Origin: Paramoeba atlantica
Taxonomy: Eukaryota > Protista > Discosea
Direction of reading: 5' to 3'
DNA length: 64,000 nt
Assembly: GCA_977017575.1 (NCBI GenBank)
Contig: CDRNVI010000078.1
Coordinates: forward strand, 38,586-102,585
Position numbers and translations under genes: made by a program. Below, one piece after another: positions 44,721 to 56,127 of the stretch; position 1 is the stretch's first letter; the number at the start of each line of letters is the position of its first letter. Below the pieces are notes generated by a model, which made no database searches, had not been told where the DNA came from, and worked only from the letters and a program-made list of their open reading frames with translations.

Positions 44721-45683
44721 ATTTATACAGATGGAGCACGAATCGTTAAAAAGGATGAAACTCACACAGGTTGTGGGGTAGTCTGCCTACGCCGCCGCCA
44801 GCCCTCTATATCTCTTGGGTTAAAACCTCCTCATGAATTCTCTCAATCTATTCAGGAAATCGAATCCTTTGCCGCGCACGAGGCTCTTCTCATCGCATTG
44901 TCTTACGACGGAGATGTCATTTTGCACACGGACTCTGAGTATGTTTGGGATTTCTTTCATGGAGCTATCCATAGGTTCAGATTCATAGGATTTAAATCGT
45001 TTGAGGGAGGCGCTATACTTCAGAAATTGCAAGAAACATATATTTCGCTAAGAGGGACAAAGCGCTTCTACTGCGTAAAAGTTAAAGCGCATAACGAAAA
45101 TCCACATAATTATATGGCAGACTGGGTGGCTAAACAAGCAAGTAAAATAAGCAAGGGAGAAAAGGCTTTGAGATTCTACGGCGAGATTCCTCATGCAGAA
45201 GACAAGCGCAAAAACCATACCAATGGTGATTCTAATGGCAGCAAAATGCAGCGCAAACTTAAATCGGTAACCTCTAGCCAAATATGCGCCCATGGTGAGC
45301 ACGTAAAAATATTGCCAAAAAGTAGGACAGTTAGCAAAGGCAAACGTACAGAGATAGAAACGGAAACGAAACGCACAAGATCACAAGAACGCGTACACTC
45401 CAACAACACAAAAAGGCTAAAAGACATTGAGTCAAAGCAACAGTTGCCTCATATAGCACGTATTGTTATTAGTGATCGGGTTAAATTTAGAGCTCCGCAA
45501 AGAAAGAGGAGTAATCAGTTATACCAGGAGAATGATGAGCCAAGCTATGAAAGTCTGGACACAAAGGGGTCACGTCAAAAAACACTCAGTACAAGAGAGA
45601 ACTGCGTCAAAAAGACAGAAAAGCGTCAGTGGAAAGACGATAGATCGCGCACTAACAACGCATTACGAACACCAAAGAAATGA
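44720..45683 (+). mobile_element. RNase H + basic tail fragment K of a related element, inverted and head-to-head with J
   Basis: IYTDG..EIESFAA..HTDS..KVKAHNENPHNYMAD. Confidence 0.85.
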
Positions 45684-46031
45684 TACCCCCCTCATACCCC
45701 CCTTGATCGCATTTTCTGAACAGGTGAGGGATAGTGTGATAAGGTGATATGCTGTTGTTTCTCGTGAAAATATTTTATTAGGTAAACCGTTTGTGCTGAA
45801 AATGAAAAGTCGATTTCATATCACAATTCTTTGACTAAGTACTGGAACGTCATCCACCTCGAATGATTAGGATACATGGAAGTTGTTGCAAGATGTTTTT
45901 GAAAAGCTTCTGGTGAATATGTTAGTTTTGTGGACACCGCCAAAGTGTTTTATGGTAGGAGAAATTTGTGAAACTTTCAACTGGGACATATTAATTTATT
46001 ATCCCAGTGATGGTTGGTTGGTTGGTTGTTG

Positions 46032-46743
46032 GTGACGCGGCTTTCCAGCATAGCAGGACCGTCATTGCTTGTGTTATCGACAGGCGTGTGCACAATTTTT
46101 GCAACATGGGAGGTGTTATCGGTTGCATTTGACGTTGTGGTTCCGTGCCCCCCTGGGCCTGAATCGCATTTGTGAACAACTTCAACGGATTGCATTCCAT
46201 CCCCATCAACGTGAAAACCGTGTGAAGAGCGCGAGCATAATTGAGGCGAGTTGACGGCGCGACGCGTAGAGTCTGGAGATACAAAATGGCGGTTGCTGAA
46301 TTCATCTCTCGGTGCTTCACGCGACAAAATTCGTTTACGTTTTTCCATAGGCGTGTTCTGTTGTTCCAAGTCGACTTTGCCCACATCGGCTGAATCGCTT
46401 CGGTCAGCTGGACGGAGTCCGGATCGTCCGGATTTATCCTCAGAATTGCCTGAGTAATGTTTTGAACTTGGTCGTGGGATACATCGCGACTGTGTTCTCG
46501 TTTTAGTCCTCTGACTGTTTGCGAATCTGTGCGGTGCGCGACACGTGTTTGAGGTAAGACCCTTAGTGGAATCAGTCGTGTGCAAGGATGCATTTTGGTC
46601 TGTATTGGGATACGAGTAGTTTTGGGCACACTCCGGGCACTGATTTTGAGAAATTTGGGAGAGCACCTCACGAACGAGTTTTGCGAACTTTTCCACGATC
46701 TCTTCAATCCAATGACACGAGTAGTTTTTGGGGTGGGGAACAA
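46032..46743 (-). CDS. YR N-terminal half (in frame with gag across one TAG), overlapped by an open -1 frame
   Basis: AIQPMWAKSTWNNRTRLWKNVNEFC; the last 156 bp are duplicated at 41945-42100. Confidence 0.8.
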
Positions 46744-46746
46744 TCC

Positions 46747-47698
46747 CTAGTGGATTGTCCGTCTTTCGCTGCGCACCATTTGGTGGGAACGCGCAGCGCC
46801 ACTCGCCACCCCCCTCTGAAAAATCTGAGTCAAAAGAGGACAGTTAGCACGTATATGACCTGGTTTACGACAATTATAGCAAACAGGGTTGGCACGGCGA
46901 GAAATACGAGTTTGCTTGAGCTGTTCCTCAAGCATCATTTTCCCAAATACGTCATTGGGGTCTTCCACTTGATGGAGGCGTTGTTGAACACGATCGACTG
47001 GCGCTCCAGCAGCTGCCCAATAGTGCGTGCGTAACTCCTCGATCAGCATGGTAGCGATAGCAACGAAATCTTCTGTCCAGGTGCCTAGCTCGCGCGCCGC
47101 ATAAATCCATTTGGTGAGGATAGTAAACAAGCGCTCTCGGATTGAAGCGAACACCTAATTGAGGAGCATCGCGCAATTCTCTGATCAATTCACGGGGCTT
47201 GAAGTCATCTTCAGAGTATATATACGATTTCCATGTCAAGGGGAAGATTACTGAAAATGCCTTGGGGTTTTCTACGCCCACTTCAGATTGGATAGGATCA
47301 CTCACCCGTTGTCCACCCGGCATACGTGCTTGAACCTTGACGAAACTGAGATCGTAATAGCTTATATCCGGGAAAGGAAACGAATATTCAATGTCAGGGT
47401 CATCGTCCCATCGCGCTTTAATCTCACTGTTCGGATCTTTTGGATTCTTAAAGTAGACACGACCTGTAACCGTGTATCGATCCTGGTCCCCTCGCTCCGA
47501 CCACACTGCTTGAACGAAGACGCGATAACCTCGTGAGAGTAGTAAATTGGTTTTATCTGCAAATTCTCGCAAAGCTTCTTCGGACAACGGAACGGCATGG
47601 CCACCGCCTTGCAGAATCGCCTCAACCTGGCCAGGGTTGAGTGTCTGCTGGTGATCACTCGGCGCGGCCGGATCAGGACTGATCGCTCTGGCCGTCAT
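46747..47698 (-). CDS. Gag-like ORF of the YR element (ATG at the end of repeat A1; one frameshift near 47150)
   Basis: CYNCRKPGHIRANC CCHC knuckle; the two overlapping ORFs 46952..47698 and 46747..47154 read as one protein. Confidence 0.75.
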
Positions 47699-47901
47699 CG
47701 CACACTAATAAAAATAACTTGTAAGAGAATGTAAGCTATAAAACTATACACAATCTACATAAAGTTATAATTTAAATCATATTAAAAGATATAATAGAAT
47801 TCATAATCAGAGATTATGTGCCTCGTAGGGCCATTCGAGAAAAAGGAGTCTTTTCAAATTCGTATTTGTTCTCGTCTAAATTTCCTCTCGTAAACTATCA
47901 G

Positions 47902-48900
47902 GCTAAAACGTGCTTTGCTATATCCATTCTGCTCGGCGAGTTAAAGGCATTTTTAACGTCTACGGATAGAATGGAATATCCATTGCTGTGGCGATTCCGA
48001 AGTTGGTGCACTATTTTCTCACATCCCTCTTTTGAGAAAACGCCCTGTTGCATGGGTGCAAATAACGGAGCCAGCGTATGCTCATACCTTTGCATTAGGA
48101 CTATGCCGGCCAATTTATTGAGCACCTCACCCATTGCGACTGGGCGAACCCCTCCACAACTTTTGGGAATGGCAACCAGCCTAGAGCGGTTGATGCGACG
48201 AATCACGTCCTTGCCCAGGAAACCGTTGATGAGATCACATATCATGTGACACAAATTGATGCAGCAAAGTTCATCATCAAGCAGCAGCCGTACAATGCTA
48301 TCCGTCATCCCTGTTGGACCCGGATTGGCCCCTTTCGCCAGGCGCTTTCCAGCAGCACGGAGTTCTTCCATTTCAATCCCAGACATTATTGGCGCGTCTG
48401 CTGGGATTCTGAAGTCGCATTCTTTTTGAGGATGCAATTCTGACAACTTGTCCAAGGTTTCCTCATCCGGAAGATTACTTGGCGTGAAGGCTTGATCTAA
48501 TACTCTGGCTGCTTTTGACGCGCACCCTTCAGTAACCAACCGCGTTGCTCTTTTGATAGCTCTCCGGTCATTCAAGGCGGCCTGATCTTCCTTGTCATCG
48601 TTATTTTTAAGATATGGTCTTTGTCTCCTACTCCTCCCACTGGCGCGGCGTACTCCTGCAAGCGACAGCTTCATCGCCGACAGCAGTCGATGCCAAATAA
48701 TATTCCTCTGCTGGTGATCGGCATTGATGTAATCCTTTACAATTTCACGAAAAGTTGCGATGACGCATGGAATAAGGTCAGGACTGATATTCCGAACGGT
48801 GGGTATTGGTAAGAGATCAACTCCCTCCCCATGTACGTCGTCTGGGGTCAGTGTGATCAGATGATTCTCGATAGTTGTTGGCTCGATCTCCTTGTTGGCT
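47902..48900 (-). mobile_element. CRE-like fragment G (RT N-terminal part); 5' third of the split host element
   Basis: DLLPIPT, WHRLLSAMK, GANPGPTG, RPVAMGE, DVKNAFN; ends KHVLA and continues FSALR in fragment D. Confidence 0.9.
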
Positions 48901-48924
48901 TTTTTTTCATATTCTTACCTCCCG

Positions 48925-50340
48925 TCATGGGCATGTTGACTCGCAGCAGGGCGAAGGACACTGGAGTAGCTCCAGAGATCCTACCGCTGCCGCCGTCCCG
49001 ACGAGGGAACAAGAAACCGCTTGAAGCGGTGCTGCCGCCGCCAGCGCCCACATCACAACAGTCGCCCCCGCCGCAGCAGCGATCGCCATCTTCGCGACAA
49101 AAACAGAAGCCCCCTGAGGCGCTTCCGCCACAGACGCCGCCACAGAGAAAACCGTCTCCGCCGCCCGAGGCGACGCCATCTCCACTCGCTGCGCCTCACG
49201 CCGCGCCTTCTCCCGTCGCGCCGCCTTCTCCCCACCCCGCCGCGCCACTCGTCCCTACCGCCGCGCGGCCTTCACCGTCCTCAACTCCACCCCCTCCGCC
49301 TTCACCCTCTACACCCCAACCGCGGAAGACACTCCGTTCCCCTCCCCCTTCGGGAGATATGCCCCCTCCGTTACCCCCTCCCTCGACATCTCCGTTGCCC
49401 CCGCCTTGCCCCCAAGCTTCGTCCCCAGGCCAGCAAATTCTACCGAAGCCACTCTCGCCTCCGAATTGCCCATTTCCACGCAATTTCATCCAAGATCACT
49501 CCGGTACCCCGAACCGCGAGGAATCGATTAAGGCCAGCACGACGAACAGGAACGAATGCAGCATCACAATCAAACGCACCAACCTGTCACTCAACTATTT
49601 CAAACGTCGCGGTAAACTCAACTTAGTCGCCAGTCCCAAAAAGCAGAACAGCCCCATCATCCGACAATTTGAAGGCAGTGCAAACATGAAGAAGAACAGC
49701 GCGAAAACAACCGCATTCGCTGATCACGGCACTGAGTCAAATTACGCCGACGCTGCCCCAGCGCCGACGCCGACCTATCTATTAACTTATGTCGACGCTG
49801 CCACACCTCCGCCAAAAGATCCTACAACTCTAGATGAAACGAAGCGGCAAGAACACTACAAACGCGCAAAGCAAGGTTCGCTTTCTCCCGAAACTCACCC
49901 TGCCGAAACTCACTCCACTGATGAACGCTCGACCGGAAATTCCGCTTCAAAATCGTGTTTGCAAACCTCAAACGCGATGCGCACAACGACCGCCCAAACG
50001 AATGGAGAAACGCTCAAAAACGGTGAGGCAATAAGAAATCTACCCAAGAAAACCTCCTTCTATGACACCCTCGCGGCTCATTTTCCTTCACGCTTTCCAG
50101 CACGCCTTACAAGACGACAGATCCGAATTTCTTCATCTCCGGAGGCCTCACAATCAAATCCGCAAATGGGAAATGAGAAATCTGGACCTGCTGACAACAG
50201 TGGTATCGATCGCCTCGAGACATCGGCAAACACAGATTCAGCTAACTCACCGGAAACAGGCTCATCACAAGCAAATCAATCGCCGCAGGCAATATCGTCA
50301 CACGTAAATCAAGAAACTGGAAAATCTGAACTTGTTGACA
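48925..50340 (+). mobile_element. Pro-rich N-terminal region of a CRE-like ORF
   Basis: RAKDTGVAPEILPLPP matches KAKEAGVAPVILPLPP at 53713, which leads into the CRE N-terminal domain. Confidence 0.6.
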
Positions 50341-52224
50341 TCATTGAAGTCGATATTGGAAGGCATCGTTTCTAGCACTGCCGGGGTACGCCAAGGTTCA
50401 CCATTGGCTACTCTATATTTCTGCGCATTCTTGCAGCCGATATTGGAAACGCTGTCAATGGAGTTCCCGACCATTGAAATCTCTGCGTTCATCGATGACA
50501 TAACGCTCGTATCAACGGATCCAGACCAATTAGAAAAAGCCTTTATACGACTGCAAGCTTTAATGTCGGAACGTCAATTGAACTTCTCACTGCAAAAGTG
50601 CGTATGGTTTGGAGGACAAACACGACATGCGATTCCCGCCAAACTAGCATCGCTCGGTCTTGCAGAGGAGACAACTGTTACGAAGATCCTAGGTGCTTAT
50701 GTTGGAGAAGATGAAACCATTAGTGAAGAATTACTCAAAACGTTGCAAAAACACGATGACATCTTCCGACGGCTTAAGAAAATGGGCCTCAGCAACGTCT
50801 CACTTAATATACTGACGCGTTGTGTTAATGTACGACAGCAGTATCTGATGAGAGTTCAACACCCAAGTACCACAGATGCTCTCACATCGCAGTTTGACAA
50901 AGAAATTGAAGGGGTTTTGACACATTGGTTAGGACCTTTACAGAATCAACAGGTTGAAATCGCGCGATTGCCAGTTAAGAAAGGAGGGCTAGGATTAACC
51001 GCCACGCATCCACTACGAGAAGCCGCACACACTTCTTCAAAGTATGCAGCTCAAGAGCGCCAAAATTCCTTTTCTGCTCGAGCTCACACAATGAAGAAGA
51101 CTACGACACAAGCCGAACATCTCATACACGAAGGAAAAATGACGGTACTACGACCTCCCGAAGACGATATAACAGAAACTGTTAAGCTGCAAAATAAAAC
51201 TTGGGAAAAACTCATGCACGAACCAAAGCTTGCCGCCATTCTCAAAGTTACCTCATACAAAGGCAATAACGACTGGCTCATGTCAAACACCAGACTCGTA
51301 CCTCCACGGAACTTTGAACTTACGATCATGCCGCGACTTGGAATTGTCCATCCCAAATTACCTCGAAACCTCACCTGCCCCGGGTGCAAGATTATATTAG
51401 ACGGCAACACGGCCCTCACCCACATCCCTGGATGTGTCCGATGCTCCGGCCTCAACGCAACCGTAAAACACAACGCTCTTGTCAAGTACATTGGTGACCT
51501 ATGTATTCGGGCTGGAATTCCATGTGAGATCGAACCTCGGGCCTTCACCACGTGGACGTGTCAAGCATGCAACGCAAATGTTAACTACGAGAACCAGGTC
51601 ATTCATCAAAGAACATGTGCTGGACGAACTTTCCATCGATCAGGACCTGATCTCTTGATTTACTGGGCCAGCGGGGAAATTTTCTACGACCTTACCGTTG
51701 TCCATGACCTTTCTCCGTCGCACATCAACTCTAATTGCTCGAAACTAATGAAGGAAGCCACAGAACGAAAACATGGACATTATGTCGCAAGCGGACTAAT
51801 TTCATCAGGAGCATTTCAGTGCCTACCAGTTTTATCCAGCGGAGGACTGAGCACAACAACAAGAAATCTCCTCTACGCTTTGGCCGACGCAACAGTGCAA
51901 AATAGAAAAACCGTCGAGGCCGACTTTAAACTTCTATTACAGGACCTCAACGGAGCTGCTGTATACTCGCAACTCCGCAAATACTTAGCGTCGAATGGAA
52001 CAGAAAATTATGGTTTTTGAGTCAAACAGATTAATACTTTAGTAAAATTATATATTTAATACATAAGCTTACAAAGACGCGTAAGCTTCAACAAAAAAAA
52101 TCAACAAACCAGAAAACTTAAATTATCTATTTATCTATTTATTTGTAAGTCCTGTTCTAGTTATTTTTGGAGGTAGTTTCTCTCACGAGAGAAGGGGGGA
52201 AGGTGATTTTTCGCCCGTGGCTTC
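50340..52224 (+). mobile_element. CRE-like element F (RT C-terminal half to 3' end; ORF stop 52020)
   Basis: GVRQGSPLA, AFIDD, CCHC x2, GPDL..YDLTV; 3' UTR with hairpin+G6 motif. Confidence 0.92.
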
Positions 52225-52290
52225 AACGTCGGAATATTATCCTTTGCATGCAAGGGGATATGGTAGTCGTCGGTTTTAGCTAATTTGGAA
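52222..52290 (-). mobile_element. ~70-bp fragment of the YR element RT region
   Basis: Matches about 41346-41412 (TTCAACGTCGGAATATT...AATTTGGAAC). Confidence 0.85.
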
Positions 52291-52294
52291 CAAA

Positions 52295-53730
52295 AAAACT
52301 CGATAGTGCTATCACGTAACACGGTAACATCAATCGGAGGTGGCGCTTGATGCCAGATAATGCGGAAGATTCTCACGTTTTCTTGGGGCGGCAGAGATCC
52401 TGTGTATTCCTGTTCTTATTTGTACCCTGAGATCCCCGTGTATTGCATTGAGAGTTTCCCCATCCCTCCACGCTTGCTATGCGTTCGCACTACCTTACCG
52501 CACGCCATATTGATCTTTTCCTGATTTGCAAAAGCCCACACTATCGAACACAAAGTTCCTGCCTTTATTTGCTTGGATTGTCTCCAGATTTCGTCAGGTG
52601 GTATGGGGAATTGTGTTTTGACGTCAATGTTCTGCATAATCTCAAAGACTCCTGAGCTTCCGTCCGGGTGTTCGTCGTTAATAAAGCTGATCGGATGGAC
52701 ATCACCTTCCCGTTGTGGTTTATCTCCCTGAGGCGAGTCGCAATCCTGGAACTCATGCGCTGAGTGATCCTCCAAACCTTCAGATGCGGCTGCTATTTCC
52801 TCGTTCCTGACAGGTGGCTCAAGTGATTGACCGGATTCCTTGCTCGTGTCCGGAGGTTGTGCGTCACCTGCTGCATTGAAAACTGCATCTGACATGGCGT
52901 TGGATGCCGCTTTTAAGGCGCCAGCTGCGACGGCACAAGTTCTTTTAATACGAATGCGCCATTTTCCCGTCTCGTTCGGTTCTCCAATCGGGGCCGCGGG
53001 AGAACATGACGCCGCCTTAGCTGGAGATGCTAGCAATTCGACTGGATACGACATCCGTAAGGGGAGTGGCGAGGGAAGCTTCAAGGGTTGAGACGCAATT
53101 GGAGGTCGCAATGTTTCAATGTTTGTTCGCTGTGGAGATGAGATGCTGGAGGCGGAGTTTTTGTTGATGCCTGCGGTGATGGTTCTGCCTTCCATGTCTC
53201 TAAGTTCAAGGCTCTCATGCGTGCTCTTCGTGATGAGGTGTGCATGCTTGGCCTTGACAACGGCGGAGGCCCAACGAGCGACACGGAGGGAGGCGGAATC
53301 GGCGCGACGGAGGCCGTATCGGAGGTCAGAAGAGGCGGCGCCGCACACATCACGACGGGCAGCTCGGCAGAGAGCGGAGATGACAGCATATCGGGCGGCG
53401 CAGTGGTCACCACAGTGAGCGGAGAAGCGATGGGATGATCGACGATCACCGCGGGAGCGACAGGCACATCGGGCGGAAGAGGAAACGCAGCAGACGTTGC
53501 AGACGACACGGCGGGAAGAGACGTCGCGGCGGGAGATGGCGGCGCAGCAGACGGCGCAGGGGAAAGAGATGGCGGCGCAGCAGACGGCGCAGCGGGAGAT
53601 GGCGGCGCAGCACACTGCGTATTCTGAGAATGCTTTTTCCGCCGGGTGGGGGGGAGGGGCAAAATAACCGGTGCTACACCAGCCTCTTTCGCTTTGGCGC
53701 CCGTGGAGCGCATATATTATATACGCGCCG
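52295..53730 (-). mobile_element. Decayed 5' part of a CRE-like element (Pro-rich region, then the conserved N-terminal domain; frameshift and TAA)
   Basis: EFQDCDSP, FPIPPD.I, GTLCSIVWAF and GSLPPQENVRIFRIIW align to element C. Confidence 0.8.
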
Positions 53731-53749
53731 ATTACTATCAAATGTGAGA

Positions 53750-55950
53750 CATGTTCACCTTCCCCCCTTCTCTCAATTTTCAAAGAGAAACTATCCCGAA
53801 AATGAAATCTATATATTTTTATAAGCTGACTCAGCTTATAGTGATATTGTGTTTAGAACTTATATACTATATTCTTGAGTTTGCGTGCAGCCGTCTAAGT
53901 ATTTCTTTAGCTGCGCATAAATCCCTAATCCATTAAGCTCCTGAATCGTCAGCTTCATTTCGAGTTCGACCTGTTTCCTGTTTAGCATGGCCGCGTCTGC
54001 TAGCGAGTGTACCAAGTTCTGCGTATTGCGGTGCAAAGCGCCTCCTGCCAGTACGGGTAAACATTGAAATGAGTCTTCACGAATTAAGTTCGTACGTACA
54101 TATGTGTTGGACTTTCGCTGCAGCGCGTCATTCATGAGCTGTGTGCATTTCTTTCCACGATTAGACATTGAGAGTTCGTGAATAACTGTCAGATCATAGA
54201 AGACCGCACCCGTGTTCCAATAGATCACGAGATCGGGGCCAGACCGACAAAGTTTTTTTCCTGCACAAGTCTTCTGATGTACCAACTGGTTTTCCGGACT
54301 GATTGTGGATCGGCAAGCGATGCACTTCCACGTAGAAAAGTTTCTAGGTTCCGTTTCACATGGGATGCCTGCTTTCACGCATAGACGATGTAAAAATCCG
54401 ACAAGTGAGTTATGTTTCACGGTCGTATTTATACCTGAACATTGAGCACAGCCTGGGATATGGGTGAGGGCGTTTCGGTTATTGAGGAGAATACCGCACC
54501 CTGGACACAATAGACTGGTAGGTAGATCTGGGTGTTGGGCATTTAGTCGTGGCATAATCGCGAGTTTGAAGAGATGGGAAGGGATGTACTTCGCGTTGGA
54601 AAGGATCCAGTCGCTGTTTCCTTTGAAGGATGTGGCTTGTAGAATGGGCTTAATGTCGGGATCCGTTTGCAACTCTTTCAATACTTCGACATGATGAATG
54701 CTGGTGGAAGTTTTTTTGTCCACTGGTATGACTTTCATTGTCGAGTTCTTAGGAATAGACGGGTGTGATGGCACCGCGTTGTCGATCCGAGCTGAAAAAG
54801 AGTTTCGGCGCTCAAGAACCGAGTAGCGGGATGCCACATATGCCGTCTCCCTAAGGGGACTGCTCGCTGTCAAACCCATTCCTCCCTTCTTAACGGGTAA
54901 TCGTACAATTTTCATTTGATCAGGAGAGAGTGGACCAATCCAAGTCTCTACCACATTTTCAACCTCTTGATCGAATTGTGATGATGCTTTCTCTGTTGTT
55001 TCGGGCGGGTGAACACGAATCAGGTATTGTTGACGAACATTGGCACATTTTGCTAAAAGAATCATCGATATATTATTGATGCCCATTCGTTTTAGCCGCC
55101 GAAAAGCTGTGACCTGCTTCTCTAGTTGACGCAAAAGTCGTTCACTTATTGTGTTGTTTTCTCCAATATACGCTCCGAGTACTTTGACCGCTTCGTCCTC
55201 CGACTTTACACCTTGGGTGCTCAGCGAATTCGGTATGGAATTTCCGGATTTTCCTCTGAACCAAACGCATTTTGCCTCGGCTAGTTTCACCTGTTTTTCT
55301 TCTAGGAGACCTTTGAGCCTAAAGAATGCTTTCTCCAGTTCGGTTGAATCTCGAGACACTAACGTTATATCGTCAATGTATGCATTTATTTCAATACCTG
55401 GAAATTCGGAGGCCAGTGTCTCGAGTATTGGTTGACAGAATACGCAAAAGTAAAGACTAGCCAGAGCGGACCCTTGCCGTACACCTGCTGAGCTCATTAT
55501 AATGTCCGTCAGGCTGCCATCGGAGCCATAAAATAAAAGTTCGGAAGCATTTGAATATTCGGCCGCAAAGAACCTTTGAAAGGGTTTCAGTGTAGCGAAA
55601 GCAAAAACGCACTTTGCAATTTCCTCTCGTGAGGGTGAGTTGAATGCATTTTGCATATCCACAGTCAGGATTGAGTGTCCGTCAAGCCAGCGGTCCCGCA
55701 ACTTGTGTACGATTCGTTCGCACCCCGCTTGAGAGAATACGCCTTGTTGCATTGGTGCAAAGAGGGGTTCTAGTGACTTTTCGTATCTTTGCAGCAGAAT
55801 TATTCCAGCTAATTTGCTAAATATTTCTCCAATAGCTACTGGGCGTACTCCCCCGTTGGGCTTGTCGATGGCTACGAGTCTTGCCCGATTTAGACGCTGT
55901 AGAACTTGTCTAGATAGGAATCCGTTGATCAGATCGCTCATCATGTGGCA
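53750..55950 (-). mobile_element. 5'-truncated CRE-like element H (ORF 53860..55944)
   Basis: RPVAIGE, DMQNAFN, AYIDD, CCHC x2, RLE; 3' UTR hairpin+G6 motif. Confidence 0.93.
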
Positions 55951-56127
55951 AAGGCTATTGCAACATGGCTATTGCAAATTTTGGCGCGCGTGAACACGCC
56001 CATTAAGAAAAGAAAAAGTAGAAAAAAGGAATGCAACAACTCTTTGTGCGCGCGCTGGTTAGCCACGGCTCTGTTTTCTAAATCCGTCATTTCTTGGAGG
56101 CGTTTCTCCTGTGAAATCCTATGACAG

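Larger units (their letters stand above)
36638..47901 (-). mobile_element. Tyrosine-recombinase retrotransposon (gag-YR-RT/RNaseH, VIPER/Ngaro-like) with split direct repeats, ~4.9 kb after removing nested inserts
   Basis: A1 47696-47901 = A2 36907-37112; B1 (39594-39674 + 37111-37277) = B2 (36807-36887 + 36638-36804). Internal gag zinc knuckle, YR and RT-RH ORFs. Confidence 0.85.

Noticed and set aside
46952-47698. ORF first read as a CRE N-terminus
   Set aside because: Its ATG is at the end of repeat A1 and it leads into the zinc-knuckle frame, so it is better explained as the YR element gag.
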